In this document: piece after piece, positions 1-11,595 of the stretch
Layout of the letters: each line of letters opens with the position of its first letter
Numbering within the stretch: position 1 is the stretch's first letter
NCBI GenBank assembly: GCA_002256025.1
Contig: NKIB01004673.1
Span: 62,001 to 126,000 of the forward strand
From: Asterionella formosa
Lineage: Eukaryota
DNA length: 64,000 bases
Direction: 5' to 3'
Translations under genes and position numbers: made by a program
The notes under the pieces: generated by a model
Databases searched by the model: none
The model's input: the letters and a program-made list of their open reading frames with translations, nothing else
What the model was told of the DNA's origin: nothing

Positions 1-1634
1 TGCTCATCGTCATTCTATCATACTTAGCCATCACATGAGTATACGGTCAGTTCATAAACTGGGGAACAGATAATGCGAACCCTAAATTCGAAATACGAAT
101 TGTTGCGTTGGAGTACGTATGCAGGGCAATTGCTATAGGAACTCAAAATCTCCCTCTGCTCTGACGGAAAAAGTAATCATTTTGCATCTGCCAATTCTCC
201 TTAAGGTTGATTCGTCATAGTGTCTAAAGTCGTATCAACCTTGTTCCTCGTGTCCCACCATTGCTACTGGTGAATCGTGAGGAAGCAGTTTCATCACAGA
301 AGTATTGCCAGGTACCCTGTAACATCATACAATCATTGGATGATGACCATAAAAGTACAATTGTGGTTCCAATCGACCAAAAAAGAAAATTAATTCAAAA
401 TGTACTTCTCCGGAATGAAGCGATCGTTGCCTTGCCTTGAGCTGACGTCCATGGAAGACATCGATTCGAATCCGCTTCTGCAAATGGTCAACTCTCGATG
501 GAATTTGAAAGAAGAAAACACCTCTGCCCTCGTGGAGTATTCTTCTGTTTCAAAGAAGCAGCGTTTATTACCATCGAATACTTGCCCTGCCTCTTCTGCC
601 CTCGAGTCGTTCTTGCGTTTTGCTGTTGAAGACTTGGCACCATTGTCTGACCTCCTCCATGGAGATGACTGCCTGCCGTTATCTCAAAGACAAAAAAAGC
701 CTTGTTCACTTGTCCTTCGCAACCTTGAACATCATGCTGGGATTCCTTCCATCCATGATGTCACCAGAGGGATGGCTAGAATCTCAGCATCCAACTGAAA
801 TAAGTGCTTCTCTTGTTTCTACCTCAAGCAGTGTTGTACATACTCCAAGTGTTAGGTGATTTCCATTTGTACATATCCAAAGAAATCATCATGCATTCTC
901 AAGACACAACATCGTCGTTAGAATATTTGACAATGCCTTTATCCAGAGTCGAGCACCGCTTCTGTACATATATGGAAGAGCCGCGGGTCTGACCACTCTT
1001 CCTGTTTATAAAGCTTCATTGCTACTCCCTCCTCGCCCCCTCTCTCTTTAGTGAGTTCTGTCTTTTGCACATATATGTAACTACTCTTTAAAACTAGGAC
1101 AACAACTACATCAGGAATCAACACCATTCCAACAACATTTATTTGTTAATGTAAAATTTTGTTTCTGTTTTCTCCCTTCTTGAGCTTGGTATGTGTAGAT
1201 TACCACTGCTCAAGTGCAGATAGGCAGACTACTGGTACCTGTTACTACCATGGGCGAAAATAATTGTATCAATTCTTACATAAAAGTTCTCTGGGGCCAT
1301 TTTTGAGTGTAATGTAGAAAAGGTTCAAGTAATAAATTCACATCTGCATAATGATGGTTCATAGCCATGCCTGGTTGGGACCCTCCAGCTTTCCCCTTTT
1401 TCACCCATCTATTGACTATGTTGATATCAATTCCACTGACCCCTTTTGACACCATTGAGAATCAGATCCTCCATGAAATGTGCGGAAGACATCATGCTTG
1501 CTTTCGATGTCATATCTGTTTTGAATGTTCTTGAGAAAGAAGGAAGGGTTTGTGGAATAAATGCACATAAGTGCCTCATGTAAAAGCTAATTTACAGATC
1601 AATGTAGAATGCGACTGTTCTCATTGCAGATGAC

Positions 1635-2497
1635 ATATTACTTACCTGTGCTCTCATGGTTGATTGTTGCTTCCATTAAGAATGGTAGCAAGCCACATTC
1701 TCCAAGGTTCCTGTATGATTTTGAGGAGATAATATCAATGTTAGCAAAAGTGTTGCAATGATTAAAGCATCTCCAGCCACACATGTGCCACAAACTGATG
1801 ACCAAAACAATCTATATAACTTCACATTCCAATCTCGACATAACGAGCATCAAATGAGTGTATAGTAACTTACCGATGCTCTCACTGTTGATTGATGGGT
1901 GACAGGGTAGCGTTGTTAACCCTCACATCTGCATATATGGAAGGGAAAGATATTATTAATGTCGAAATCCTAATTAATGGACACAGACGCTACAACGCCT
2001 CTGCAGCATTGTGCACAAACATATTAAGTGCGGTTTCTTACCTCGTAATTAGCTAGGTTGATTTTTATCGTTGGTCCTGAGGAAGTGTAGAAACTTTGAG
2101 TGGCAGCAGCGCACATGAACAGTGATACAATTTTATAGTTTTCTTCCAGTCTCACATGGTACTGATCATAAGCCCCTTGGTAGCCACAGTTGAGAAGCAA
2201 AACAATCATATAACTTACCTGTTCCCACCGGTTGGTTTGATACCGGTAGAAGGGTCTCTATCACCATTCCCTCATCAGTTTGTTATGTGGAATAGAACGC
2301 ATTACCGGTATGATTTTCTAACAATATCTCAACATTTCCTCTTCAAAAAGTGTGTATAACATGCATCTCTGTATATCTAGTAACTTTTTCGAAGGAACAT
2401 TTAATACCTTACCAGTATGTATGATTAGATAAAATATTTAAGACTTGACAAGAATTCGAATACGGTACCTGATATACTTCCAGGTATCATATCCTAT
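1635..2497 (+). repeat. Dispersed repeat, paralogous to 30114-30705
   Basis: Near-identical blocks (e.g. catattacttacctgtgctctcatggttgattgttgcttccatt; taactttttcgaaggaacattt) occur at both loci. The second copy has internal deletions. Confidence 0.9.
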
Positions 2498-2998
2498 ATG
2501 GTGAAGAGTGGACACTATGTATCATAGGTACATATACATACCGTCAACTTTTACTGATACTTACATGATGGAGGAATACTGGAACTTACATGATGCTCAG
2601 AGTACAGTAACAGGACCTCGTACGTCACCGTTATCCAAGTGGGAACTACCCTGGTACCAGGGGGTACCATACATTTTGTCTATGTTCCTGTCGGTTCTGT
2701 TCTAACGTTCAAGTTTGGCTACGGAATTGATCAATACTACCGGTAGGTATTTGAACATGATTGAAAACACTTGAAGTGCATTATTATGGTAAAATGCCGA
2801 AGTACTCAGATTATAAAATATAACATAGGTAGTGAATGATAAAATATCATTTCTGTATGATCTAGTAAGAGACCAACTCCCTTTTTAATCTTGGCGTGCC
2901 AAAAAAAAATCAGACTTTTCCCTTTTATTATTGTTTCATTCTTTGATTTTAAAGCATCAGTGGCCCGTTTATCTTGACTCCTGTACATTGTTATCGTC

Positions 2999-4017
2999 AT
3001 GTCCGGTAAAGGAATAAAAAGAAGCGATAATTCTAGAGTTGAGATCTTGTCTGAGAAGAAGTACCGCAACAGTAACCAGGATGAAAAGACTCGGAAAAAA
3101 GGCCTTCCTACTATTCATGTCAAACATAGAAGTCGTTTGGTTACTCCTGTGACGAAATTGTTGCATAAGTACGAAGAGTTTGTAACAAATACAACTGCTT
3201 CAACAAAGCAGCAAGATCATCATCAAGATTTGGATGCTGACAATGATGATATGTTGTCAGAACTGTCCTCTCCTGGTAACAAGAAGGTGCCGCCTTTTCA
3301 TCCAGCATTCAAGGAAGGAGTGACGATTCACCAGTCACTGATAACAATCCAAAGACAAATATTATGGAGTTACATCTCGATAATGGCGACGATCTCAAAT
3401 ATATATCACAGTTCCGCCTTAGTCGTGAGACAGTGATTGATCAGAAGCATCATTATCCGTTGTTGTTTTATGGTCAACAACTTCATAATAAGATTGCCCT
3501 ATTGGAACGCAAAATTTCCCTGAATAACTCTTCTATCAGTGGATACAAAGATTTCAGCCTTGCCACTACTGTTTATACAAGACGAAGGGATATAGTTGCA
3601 TCGATAACTTCCTGTCATGCAACCGAAGTAGTTGGTGAAATACTTCATACTAGAAAATTTTGTCACACCCAGGTAAGTTCATTTACACATTTAAATCTCC
3701 TCGAATCAACTTGTTTTTGATATCGTTACCAGCCATTTTTACTTTTATTGTCCTTACAGTCTTACAAACATCCTGCTGAAACATGTGTGCTGAGTAGTAT
3801 TGGAATATCAAGTCCAACAAGTCATTGGTATGCAAGATTGTGCATTTCGTTCTTGTTGAAACGTCATCCCGAAATCGCTCTTGCCGTTAAGGATGATTCT
3901 GAATTGGCGGATTGCATCTGGAATGGTGTTGAAAGAGCTTCTCATAGAGGAACCGATTTCCTATCGGTAAGAAGTGCTAAGGAAAGAACTTGTACTTTGA
4001 CCATACGTTTAGAGTAA
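2999..4017 (+). pseudogene. Fragmented gene of unknown function inside the insertion
   Basis: Consecutive same-strand ORFs (2999-3436, 3364-3720, 3748-4017) with a frameshift and a possible GT-AG intron (~3672-3759). No recognisable motif. Confidence 0.3.
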
Positions 4018-7000
4018 TGTGCATTAAACGTATTTGTTACTTCCAATTGACATTGAACCATTTCATTCGTTCAGTTTTGAGTTAGTTTATTTTGATTCCT
4101 TAATGTGTGTTTTTTGATTATATTTGTTTGAGAGCATCAGGCTAGTTGCCTGGTGCTCTCCTTTGACAGTACCAACCAAGGAGGGAGATGATAACATATT
4201 GATGAGGTTCTTGACCAATGTAAATTCTCAGACCTCCTTTCAGGTCCAACAGAAGGCCTTCGGGCCCTTGCAGCAATACCATATTTCAAATTATAAAGCA
4301 TACTCCTGCTGTAATCCATTTTGATGTTTCCTCACTTGGCTGTTGTTGAATGCTGAATCGACTCTTTGATTGTGGAAAACAAACCTAAAATCAATGAATA
4401 AATAATGGCTCTGGTTACTAGTCTCCAATCTTGACCCCCCATATAGCGTTTTGAAGCCCTGCATGAACCTCAAGGACCAGATTGATGAGCAAGGGTCTTG
4501 AGAAATACTTGAATGTTGCACTTCATCATCACCAATAAACCATGCCATCCAGTTAGCACTGGTGGCTGAGGAACGGACTTGATTAATTTGTGTATAGTAT
4601 CATCCCATTGCATATAATATACAGATGTATATTGTTACTACTGGTGGCTGGTACTATAATTCCTTATGCACAATATTATTTAGAGTACTGGTTGTAGTTC
4701 TTGCCATATCCTCAATGTTATGCAAAAATTATATGGTACTCTAGCATCATTAGGGGATTATACCGTCAACATCATGAGTGACCATTTCTAACGCATGCAT
4801 ACATTAAAATCACTTGAACTTGTCCCATACAACTGGTTGCTGCACCGGCAGTAGCTGTCCACCATGGCGGAAAGCCCATCCATCTGTTAACAAGTATACC
4901 AGCACATGACAACAACATCCCAACCGCGACTGCAACAAGCAAAAAATAATAGTTTGAAAGAGACCCATCATCGAAACAATTTAACAATCAGAATCACTAG
5001 CTGTATAAGTTCGTAGACAGTCTATCGCTTTTTCGTGCCTCCTTATTACATTTTTTTGTTTGAATTCAGGATGAAATCATGAAAATTCATAATGTTGTCT
5101 AAAACAGTTCCATTGCTTGTTGGGTAACAGAAGCATTGTGTGTATGTTATGCGCTGTATACCGGAATTTTATTTCTCTATTCAATCATCATGGAAGGCCT
5201 GCAAACTTGCTATAGACTGCTGTGTGTTACTAATTGAACAACCAAATGATGATAGCTTAAAGAATCATAATTGAACAAGCTTTCATCAAACAATCATTCC
5301 GTTCAAAAATCGTTGTTTCTGTGTTGCAATAGGAGCGAATGATGATGATTATGAACTAAAACTCCCATTTCTTTTCCTGAACATCATCCTACAAGGAAAC
5401 GTAAAAACAAGAACAAATGAGATACAATAGATATAATTGTTGAATACGCATACTAGTCAAAAATGGCTACTGTTTAATTTATGGTGATCATTATCATTCT
5501 TATTAGATGATTTATATCTAATAATATAATCAGATGATAATAATGGAATGATGCATCATACAAAGGTGATGGTTTCTATTTACAGACGAGATCACCTGAC
5601 TCGTTGCCACTGCTGCTGTCACTCTCTTTTGCCAGGCCCTCATGACTTTTGTCAAGTTATATTAATCAAGTAGACATGTCACTCATCAATTAGTTTCTTT
5701 GTATCAGACGACTTTTTTTGTGCAACCCAAACAATCATATTGACTTTGGCCATCTCAGTCGCCATTTCTTTCATCTTCGCCTCCATAGCTTTAAGCCAAA
5801 ATTCATGCTGCTTGACCTGTTCCTTTTCAGAATTTGATGCTAGGGACTTGACATATTTGGAAGCAATCCATGGGTGCCTTTGCGATATTTCATCATGATT
5901 TTGTGGGTACAACAGAAACCCCCCCCCCAGTACATGACCACAGATGGAAGCATTGTCACCTACTTTGAAGGACTGGGACAATCTCAAGCATGCTACTTAC
6001 AAGTCATAGAAAATACGATGAAACAATTTTGTTTTAAGAGCCCATGCAGGTGCTTTGCATAATCTGCTTCTGGTTAAGGATTTGTATGTTTCTTCATTCA
6101 TCTCTTTAATTCTTTCCATTAGGCTTGATGCAAGGAACTCTCTGACTGCTCATGATGGTATTTGCATCATTCCCTCCCATGTTTTTCAATTTTTCCAACA
6201 GAACTTTGATGTTACCAGGCAAGCTCCAGTTCTTGTATCAACCACAATGCTTCTTCTTTGAAACTCACTAAAATTTCAGCATCATTCATTTCCTCTGTAA
6301 TCACTGAATGGCTCCATTCCGCCTTGGTTGCCTTCATCGTTGTTGTTATTGCTTTTCTGTAACTGGCTGTGACTGCTTTTGGGTGAGACAAATCAGAATG
6401 ATCCTATGGAGGTCATCCATGCAATGAAGTAATCCATCTAAAAGAACAAGTAAACAAGAAAATGAGCACATTGCAATAACTCTGGATGTCAATTTTTACT
6501 GGCATTGTTACTCATCCTTGCATGTCACCAGACCCTTTCAGTCTTGCCTGTTCTTGTCTAGTCTTTGGCCTCCCAGACATGGTTTGATTGTTGGAATTGA
6601 ATGAGCAGTGAGTGAGAAGAGTAAGTGATGCAAATTAATGAAGCTGATCAACAAGCATCCATCAGAATGCAAAAAAACTGAGTTCGCAATGTAGATCAAA
6701 ATTGTTGTGCTGCTATTGAGTACCTTTTTACGACGGATTAGGGTAGTGCGTGCCAGCAGCATTCAAAATCATTTATGATCATGAAAAACTCCTGTCCATA
6801 AATGAGAGAACTACAAATAATACTAGATCCAACAGAAGTCCTACTGGGGAGTGTACCACAAGGTCAAATCCAAAATTGGTCAGGGTGCCGGTTTGGTCAG
6901 GTCAAAACTATACATCTAATTTTTTATGTATATATATATATAACACAAGGGCGGCAGAATATACGTACATACCTTCTTACCGGTACCAGGTACCCCTGGT

Positions 7001-7536
7001 GCCACCAGGGTACCGTTATATTGTCGAATTGTTTTGAAATTCATACATACATTCATGACGGCACTACATAGCTAATAATACCGACGACTTAAAATGCCAT
7101 GCACGCGTTTATGTTTCAATAAAATGACATGTAGGATGAAAACGTGATGTCTGAGGATACCATTACTGGTATTCATTTCGCCCATCACCTCTCCGACACT
7201 TCGTAGACGGAACTCCGGAGTAAAGTTTTCCTATATATAGATAGAGCAATTAATTTTGGCGAAAAGCTGTAGATGGGTATAGCGGCATGTACGTACATCA
7301 TCGCCAAATCCTCTACAAATAATTCTTTATTTATCCTGGTAGACCTTACTGTACATAATGCAGTAAGTTTGAAGTGGTGCATATATGTTCTATGTATATA
7401 GCATTATTTCCGCTTTTTTGTGTACAGTACCGGTATTTGAATAACACGGGAAATGCGGGATGATTCTAAAGGACTGGCATCAGCTACAGTAACCTATCAA
7501 TCACATCACCCCAGCTTTTTCGATGAATCGACCATC

Positions 7537-10500
7537 ATGGTGGACCTAGTCAAGAAAGGGGATCCGACCTCGATGAAACCTCGAAAGCATGTTCGCATCA
7601 ATACTGGGCTAGAGTGTATCTCTGACCAGAACCTTCCCCTACAAGCTACTTCAAGCGCAATGCCGCCTCCGATACAACCTTTGAGAGTTGACGACGAACA
7701 ACAAAGCTTCGCGAGTCGCCTCAATCAAATGCGAATAGCTCAAATAGAATTCCGCAATCAAAGTGGGCCGGTCAGTTTTGAACAACCTGCATGTTCTTAT
7801 ACCCAATCCCCGATGAACATCCATAACTCGAATCCTATTACCGAGTCAGTTGAGGACGATTGTCGTGATATCTCAAGTACCTCACAATCTCGTGATGATA
7901 CAGATGCATCCCAATCCCGAGACGAAATCCAGCGTGCGCTCAGAAGTGGATCTGAAGCAGTGGGAGAACGACATGAAGAACTGATGACAGACCAAATTTC
8001 AGTTCGGGATTTGACGATGAAGCTTTCCAAGTTTATAAATGAAAACGAATTGCTAAGAAAAAATGTGGCCAAATTAACCCAGGAGAATGTATCATTCAGG
8101 TCAGCCTATGATAACGGTGAGCTCGTGCAGGACCTCCGCAATGCGGTGACACGGGAACGAGAGTTTTGCAAGAGTCAAATGAAAGACCTAGAGATGAGGC
8201 TAGCGTCAACACAAGACAACCTTTCGGAAACCGAAAAGAGACTCCAGTCCAAGGCGAATGGGGAAAAGACACTAGCTCAACGGATCAGTAAGCTTGAGTC
8301 CCACTTAGCTGGACAAAAAGCCGAATACTCTTCGATCAAAGCTGCTCTCGAAGGAGAAACTGCTGCCAAAACATTACTACAGGCTGATCTTCAAACAAGA
8401 CTTGAGGAAATCGATATTTTAACAGCGCGTGTGCGTCAAGCCGAGTTGGAAGTCGAAACGTCATTATCGCGATACGATGACACGATGAAGGAGTTAGAAA
8501 CGATGCGGGAGATTGATCAAGCACATCGCGGAAAAATCAAGGAGCTGCAATGCAATTTGGATGAAAGAGAAATTCAGGTACGCGCAATCACCGAATCAAA
8601 AGGAATAAGCGACAAAACAAACAAGAGGCTTGACCAGGCTAATGAATCGTTAACGGTGAAGTGCAACCAGTTGAAGGAGATACTAGAAAATAACTCAAAA
8701 TCATTTGAAACCCATGTCCAGAAATTGGAGAAGACAATTGCCGACCTTGTTAGTGATCGTGATACTCTAGTCAATGATACAGGACAAATGGTTTCGGAAA
8801 TAAAACAAAAAGATATCGCAATTCGGGACATGACCGAGAAAAATAGCACTCTTATCCTTAAAATCCGTGAAGCTGAGGAAAGAGAAGTTAATTTGGTAGA
8901 GGACGTCAATGAGAGGAATCGATTACATGGACAGAACGAGGTGCTCCATGTAAAAATTGAGAGTCTCGAAGAAAAGGTTGTTGAGATTACATTGGCTGCC
9001 GAGAGAAAAACTAATGATTTCGATATTCTTCAAGAATCGTTCCACGGTATTCAAGCAGAGCTTGCTAGCGCAGAACAGTCTGTAGAGAAGATTCAGGAAA
9101 AGAGATCTGAATTAGAAAAAAAGTTGGGTGCCGTCATACTTGAAAACGAAGGGAAATCATCACTAATACAGGTTCTGCAAGGATCAATTAGTGCCTACAA
9201 AAGCGAGCTGCAGCGATTGATCACAGCGCAAGCTAATGAGGAAAGAAGCTATGCCATGGCGTCAAATCGTTTAGTAGAATACGAGTCAAGATTGGTGACA
9301 TCAGAGACTATTCGCGACGAGCTTAAGAAACAAGTCAATGAATCAAGATTGCAAACAAAGCAGATTGCTGAGGTGACAACACGCTTTCAAGCAAAGGTGG
9401 CTGAACAATCACAGATTATCGAGGCTCTAAATGATGAGAATCGTAGATTGGTCGAGAAGAATGCTCATCTTTGCGAAGCGTGCATTCAATTAAAGGTGCT
9501 TACCGAACAGTGCAAACAATCAGAAGAAAATCAAAGGATAAATCTGGATGAGCTTCGTGGGCTGCAGATTCATAAAGGTGATTTAATTAAAGAGCTGGAG
9601 AGCCTCATTTGTGTGCTACGAGCTGAAATTTCAGCTTTGCATGACAAAATCAAAGATACCACACGACGATCCCTTGATTCTGAAGCAGCAGCAAGCAAAG
9701 TTGTAGCCGAGCTTGAAAGAGATAAACGAAATTTAGTTAATGATGCAATGTTGGCTGAGGAGACCATTGAAACACTTCAGACCGCCAAGCATATACTCGA
9801 AGAAGAGAATTTGCAAATGCGCCAAGGAATTGCTAATGTTAATGATAGAACAGCGGACAATTCAGTCATCACTGAGTTAGCTCAAATCAACGCCGAAAAT
9901 CTTCTTCGTATCTACGAACTTGTAACTTTGCAGGTCGAAGAAATTGCAAGGGGGGAGGAAGCTTCTCGTTTAGCTGAGGACGCCAAGCTGGCAGCTGCAA
10001 AAATTATTGATTCGCTTTCGGCCAACCTTAAGCAATCGTTAGAGAATAACGCATTACTTCAGCATGACTTTGATGAGGCCCATGAGAACCCAATGGCCCG
10101 AATAAATCGGCAACGTGAGATCGAGGCTGAAATTAAATCAGTTCAGGCTATAAAAGATGATGAGCTTCGAACAAATATAGCTGAAAAGGCAGGATGTGCT
10201 CAGAATGAATGTGTTCTCAACAAATCATACCAGACTGAAGTCGTGAGACTCCTGAAGTCAAACTCTGTTTTAGAACACGATCTATCGGAAATTGTTGGCA
10301 ATAACAAAAAGGAATGTCGCCTCAACAAATCATGCCAGATGGAAGTCGCGAGACTCTTGAAGGCAAACTCTGCCTTAAACGACGATCTACTGATAGCTGA
10401 AAAGGCGGGCAATACAGAGAAGGAAGGTCGCCTCAACAAATCATACCAGATTGAAGCCGCGAGACTACTCAAGGTGATCTCTTCTTTAAAAGTCGAGCTA

Positions 10501-11526
10501 GATCGACTGTATCTTCAAAATGAAGACCTTCAAAATCAAATCATGAAAGCCGAACAAGTCAAAACAATGTATGAGCAATGCGCAAGAGAAAGCTCAGCCA
10601 AAGTAGCTAATATATTGTCGAAGATAGCCTCGGATCCTCGTGTTGAGGACAAACTTGTTAGAGATAATGATACATTTTCTCGGGAAAATCAAAGCGATTT
10701 GGAAGCCAAAATTTCCAACTGTTCAAACATAGAAAGCTTTGTGAAGAACATGCAGATTCTGGAAGAGACGATATTGTCTTTCTTTTCTATTCGTCGACCT
10801 CAGCTGGCAACGAATAACGGTATCGGGAATCATGGAATGGAACATAAAAATAGCATCACTGAACTCAATGACGCAGTTGAACGGCTTGAAAGTGGGCGCG
10901 AAAACATGGAGATAGATAAGCCGACTTGGGTCGACGAGATTCTTGGAATTGTCGCTGAGTATGATACGACGCAACGAGTATCTCAAGAAGGCGATCCAAC
11001 GTTTTGTGATCTCCGTGAAAACATTATCAAGAGAGTGAGAGATACATTTCAGAACCAGCATTCTCGGATCGAGAAACTCAGAGAAAATTTGATCATTGGT
11101 GTCGGAAAGGTTGCGGAGTACCACAGCGAGCAAAACAAACTCATTGAAACTGTCCGGACACTAAGATTGGAAAACAAGATCCTCAAGGCTGCGGGCAAAG
11201 AACGAGAAAAAAGGGCAACTACGGCTCAACAAACGCTCTATAAGGAGAACAAGTTATTGCGGGAATCTGTTGGAAATCTGAGGCAACAAAGGAATGAACA
11301 CAAGTTGAAAATAATGAAAATTGCCTCGAGGCAAGCAAGATTGCAGGGGGAAAAGGGTGATGATCCCCATGTCGGAATCAAGGAGATTATGGATAAGTCT
11401 ACATGTGATCGACCACCTGAATACAATGACCTCTTTCCCACACACTCTGAGGGATCGAGATCTGCGGAGGCAGGGAGCGTCGAGGTTGTACTTGTCGACG
11501 AAACAATATGTGAAAAATCTGCCTAA
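7537..11526 (+). CDS. Large coiled-coil protein, function unknown
   Basis: Intronless ORF of ~1330 aa, E/K/L/Q-rich with heptad character. Likely start at ATG 7537 (ORF open from 7453). Three internal LNKS(Y/C)QxExxRLLK repeats. Confidence 0.8.
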   Translation: MVDLVKKGDPTSMKPRKHVRINTGLECISDQNLPLQATSSAMPPPIQPLRVDDEQQSFASRLNQMRIAQIEFRNQSGPVSFEQPACSYTQSPMNIHNSNPITESVEDDCRDISSTSQSRDDTDASQSRDEIQRALRSGSEAVGERHEELMTDQISVRDLTMKLSKFINENELLRKNVAKLTQENVSFRSAYDNGELVQDLRNAVTREREFCKSQMKDLEMRLASTQDNLSETEKRLQSKANGEKTLAQRISKLESHLAGQKAEYSSIKAALEGETAAKTLLQADLQTRLEEIDILTARVRQAELEVETSLSRYDDTMKELETMREIDQAHRGKIKELQCNLDEREIQVRAITESKGISDKTNKRLDQANESLTVKCNQLKEILENNSKSFETHVQKLEKTIADLVSDRDTLVNDTGQMVSEIKQKDIAIRDMTEKNSTLILKIREAEEREVNLVEDVNERNRLHGQNEVLHVKIESLEEKVVEITLAAERKTNDFDILQESFHGIQAELASAEQSVEKIQEKRSELEKKLGAVILENEGKSSLIQVLQGSISAYKSELQRLITAQANEERSYAMASNRLVEYESRLVTSETIRDELKKQVNESRLQTKQIAEVTTRFQAKVAEQSQIIEALNDENRRLVEKNAHLCEACIQLKVLTEQCKQSEENQRINLDELRGLQIHKGDLIKELESLICVLRAEISALHDKIKDTTRRSLDSEAAASKVVAELERDKRNLVNDAMLAEETIETLQTAKHILEEENLQMRQGIANVNDRTADNSVITELAQINAENLLRIYELVTLQVEEIARGEEASRLAEDAKLAAAKIIDSLSANLKQSLENNALLQHDFDEAHENPMARINRQREIEAEIKSVQAIKDDELRTNIAEKAGCAQNECVLNKSYQTEVVRLLKSNSVLEHDLSEIVGNNKKECRLNKSCQMEVARLLKANSALNDDLLIAEKAGNTEKEGRLNKSYQIEAARLLKVISSLKVELDRLYLQNEDLQNQIMKAEQVKTMYEQCARESSAKVANILSKIASDPRVEDKLVRDNDTFSRENQSDLEAKISNCSNIESFVKNMQILEETILSFFSIRRPQLATNNGIGNHGMEHKNSITELNDAVERLESGRENMEIDKPTWVDEILGIVAEYDTTQRVSQEGDPTFCDLRENIIKRVRDTFQNQHSRIEKLRENLIIGVGKVAEYHSEQNKLIETVRTLRLENKILKAAGKEREKRATTAQQTLYKENKLLRESVGNLRQQRNEHKLKIMKIASRQARLQGEKGDDPHVGIKEIMDKSTCDRPPEYNDLFPTHSEGSRSAEAGSVEVVLVDETICEKSA

Positions 11527-11595
11527 AATAGCATGTCGAAACGATTTCTGAGTACACCTTTATTTGCTAAGATTAGTGCACCAAGTTGAGGCCGA

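Larger units (their letters stand above)
1295..4700 (-). mobile_element. Decayed tyrosine-recombinase (YR) gene of a DIRS/Crypton-like element, split by an insertion (~1635-4130)
   Basis: Manual minus-strand translation across frameshifts. 4700-4135 gives DPCSSIWSLRFMQG..GQDW, LQGPEGLLLDLKG and YVIISLLG..VKGEHQ. 1590-1295 gives LLHEAL..DVFRTFHGGSDS..GVSGIDINIVNRW..GSQPGMAMNHHYADVNLLLEPF. The order matches the R / HxxR / W / Y layout of YR catalytic domains. Confidence 0.65.

Noticed and set aside
5580..6540. Minus-strand gene remnant
   Set aside because: Coding-like composition but interrupted and unidentifiable from sequence alone.
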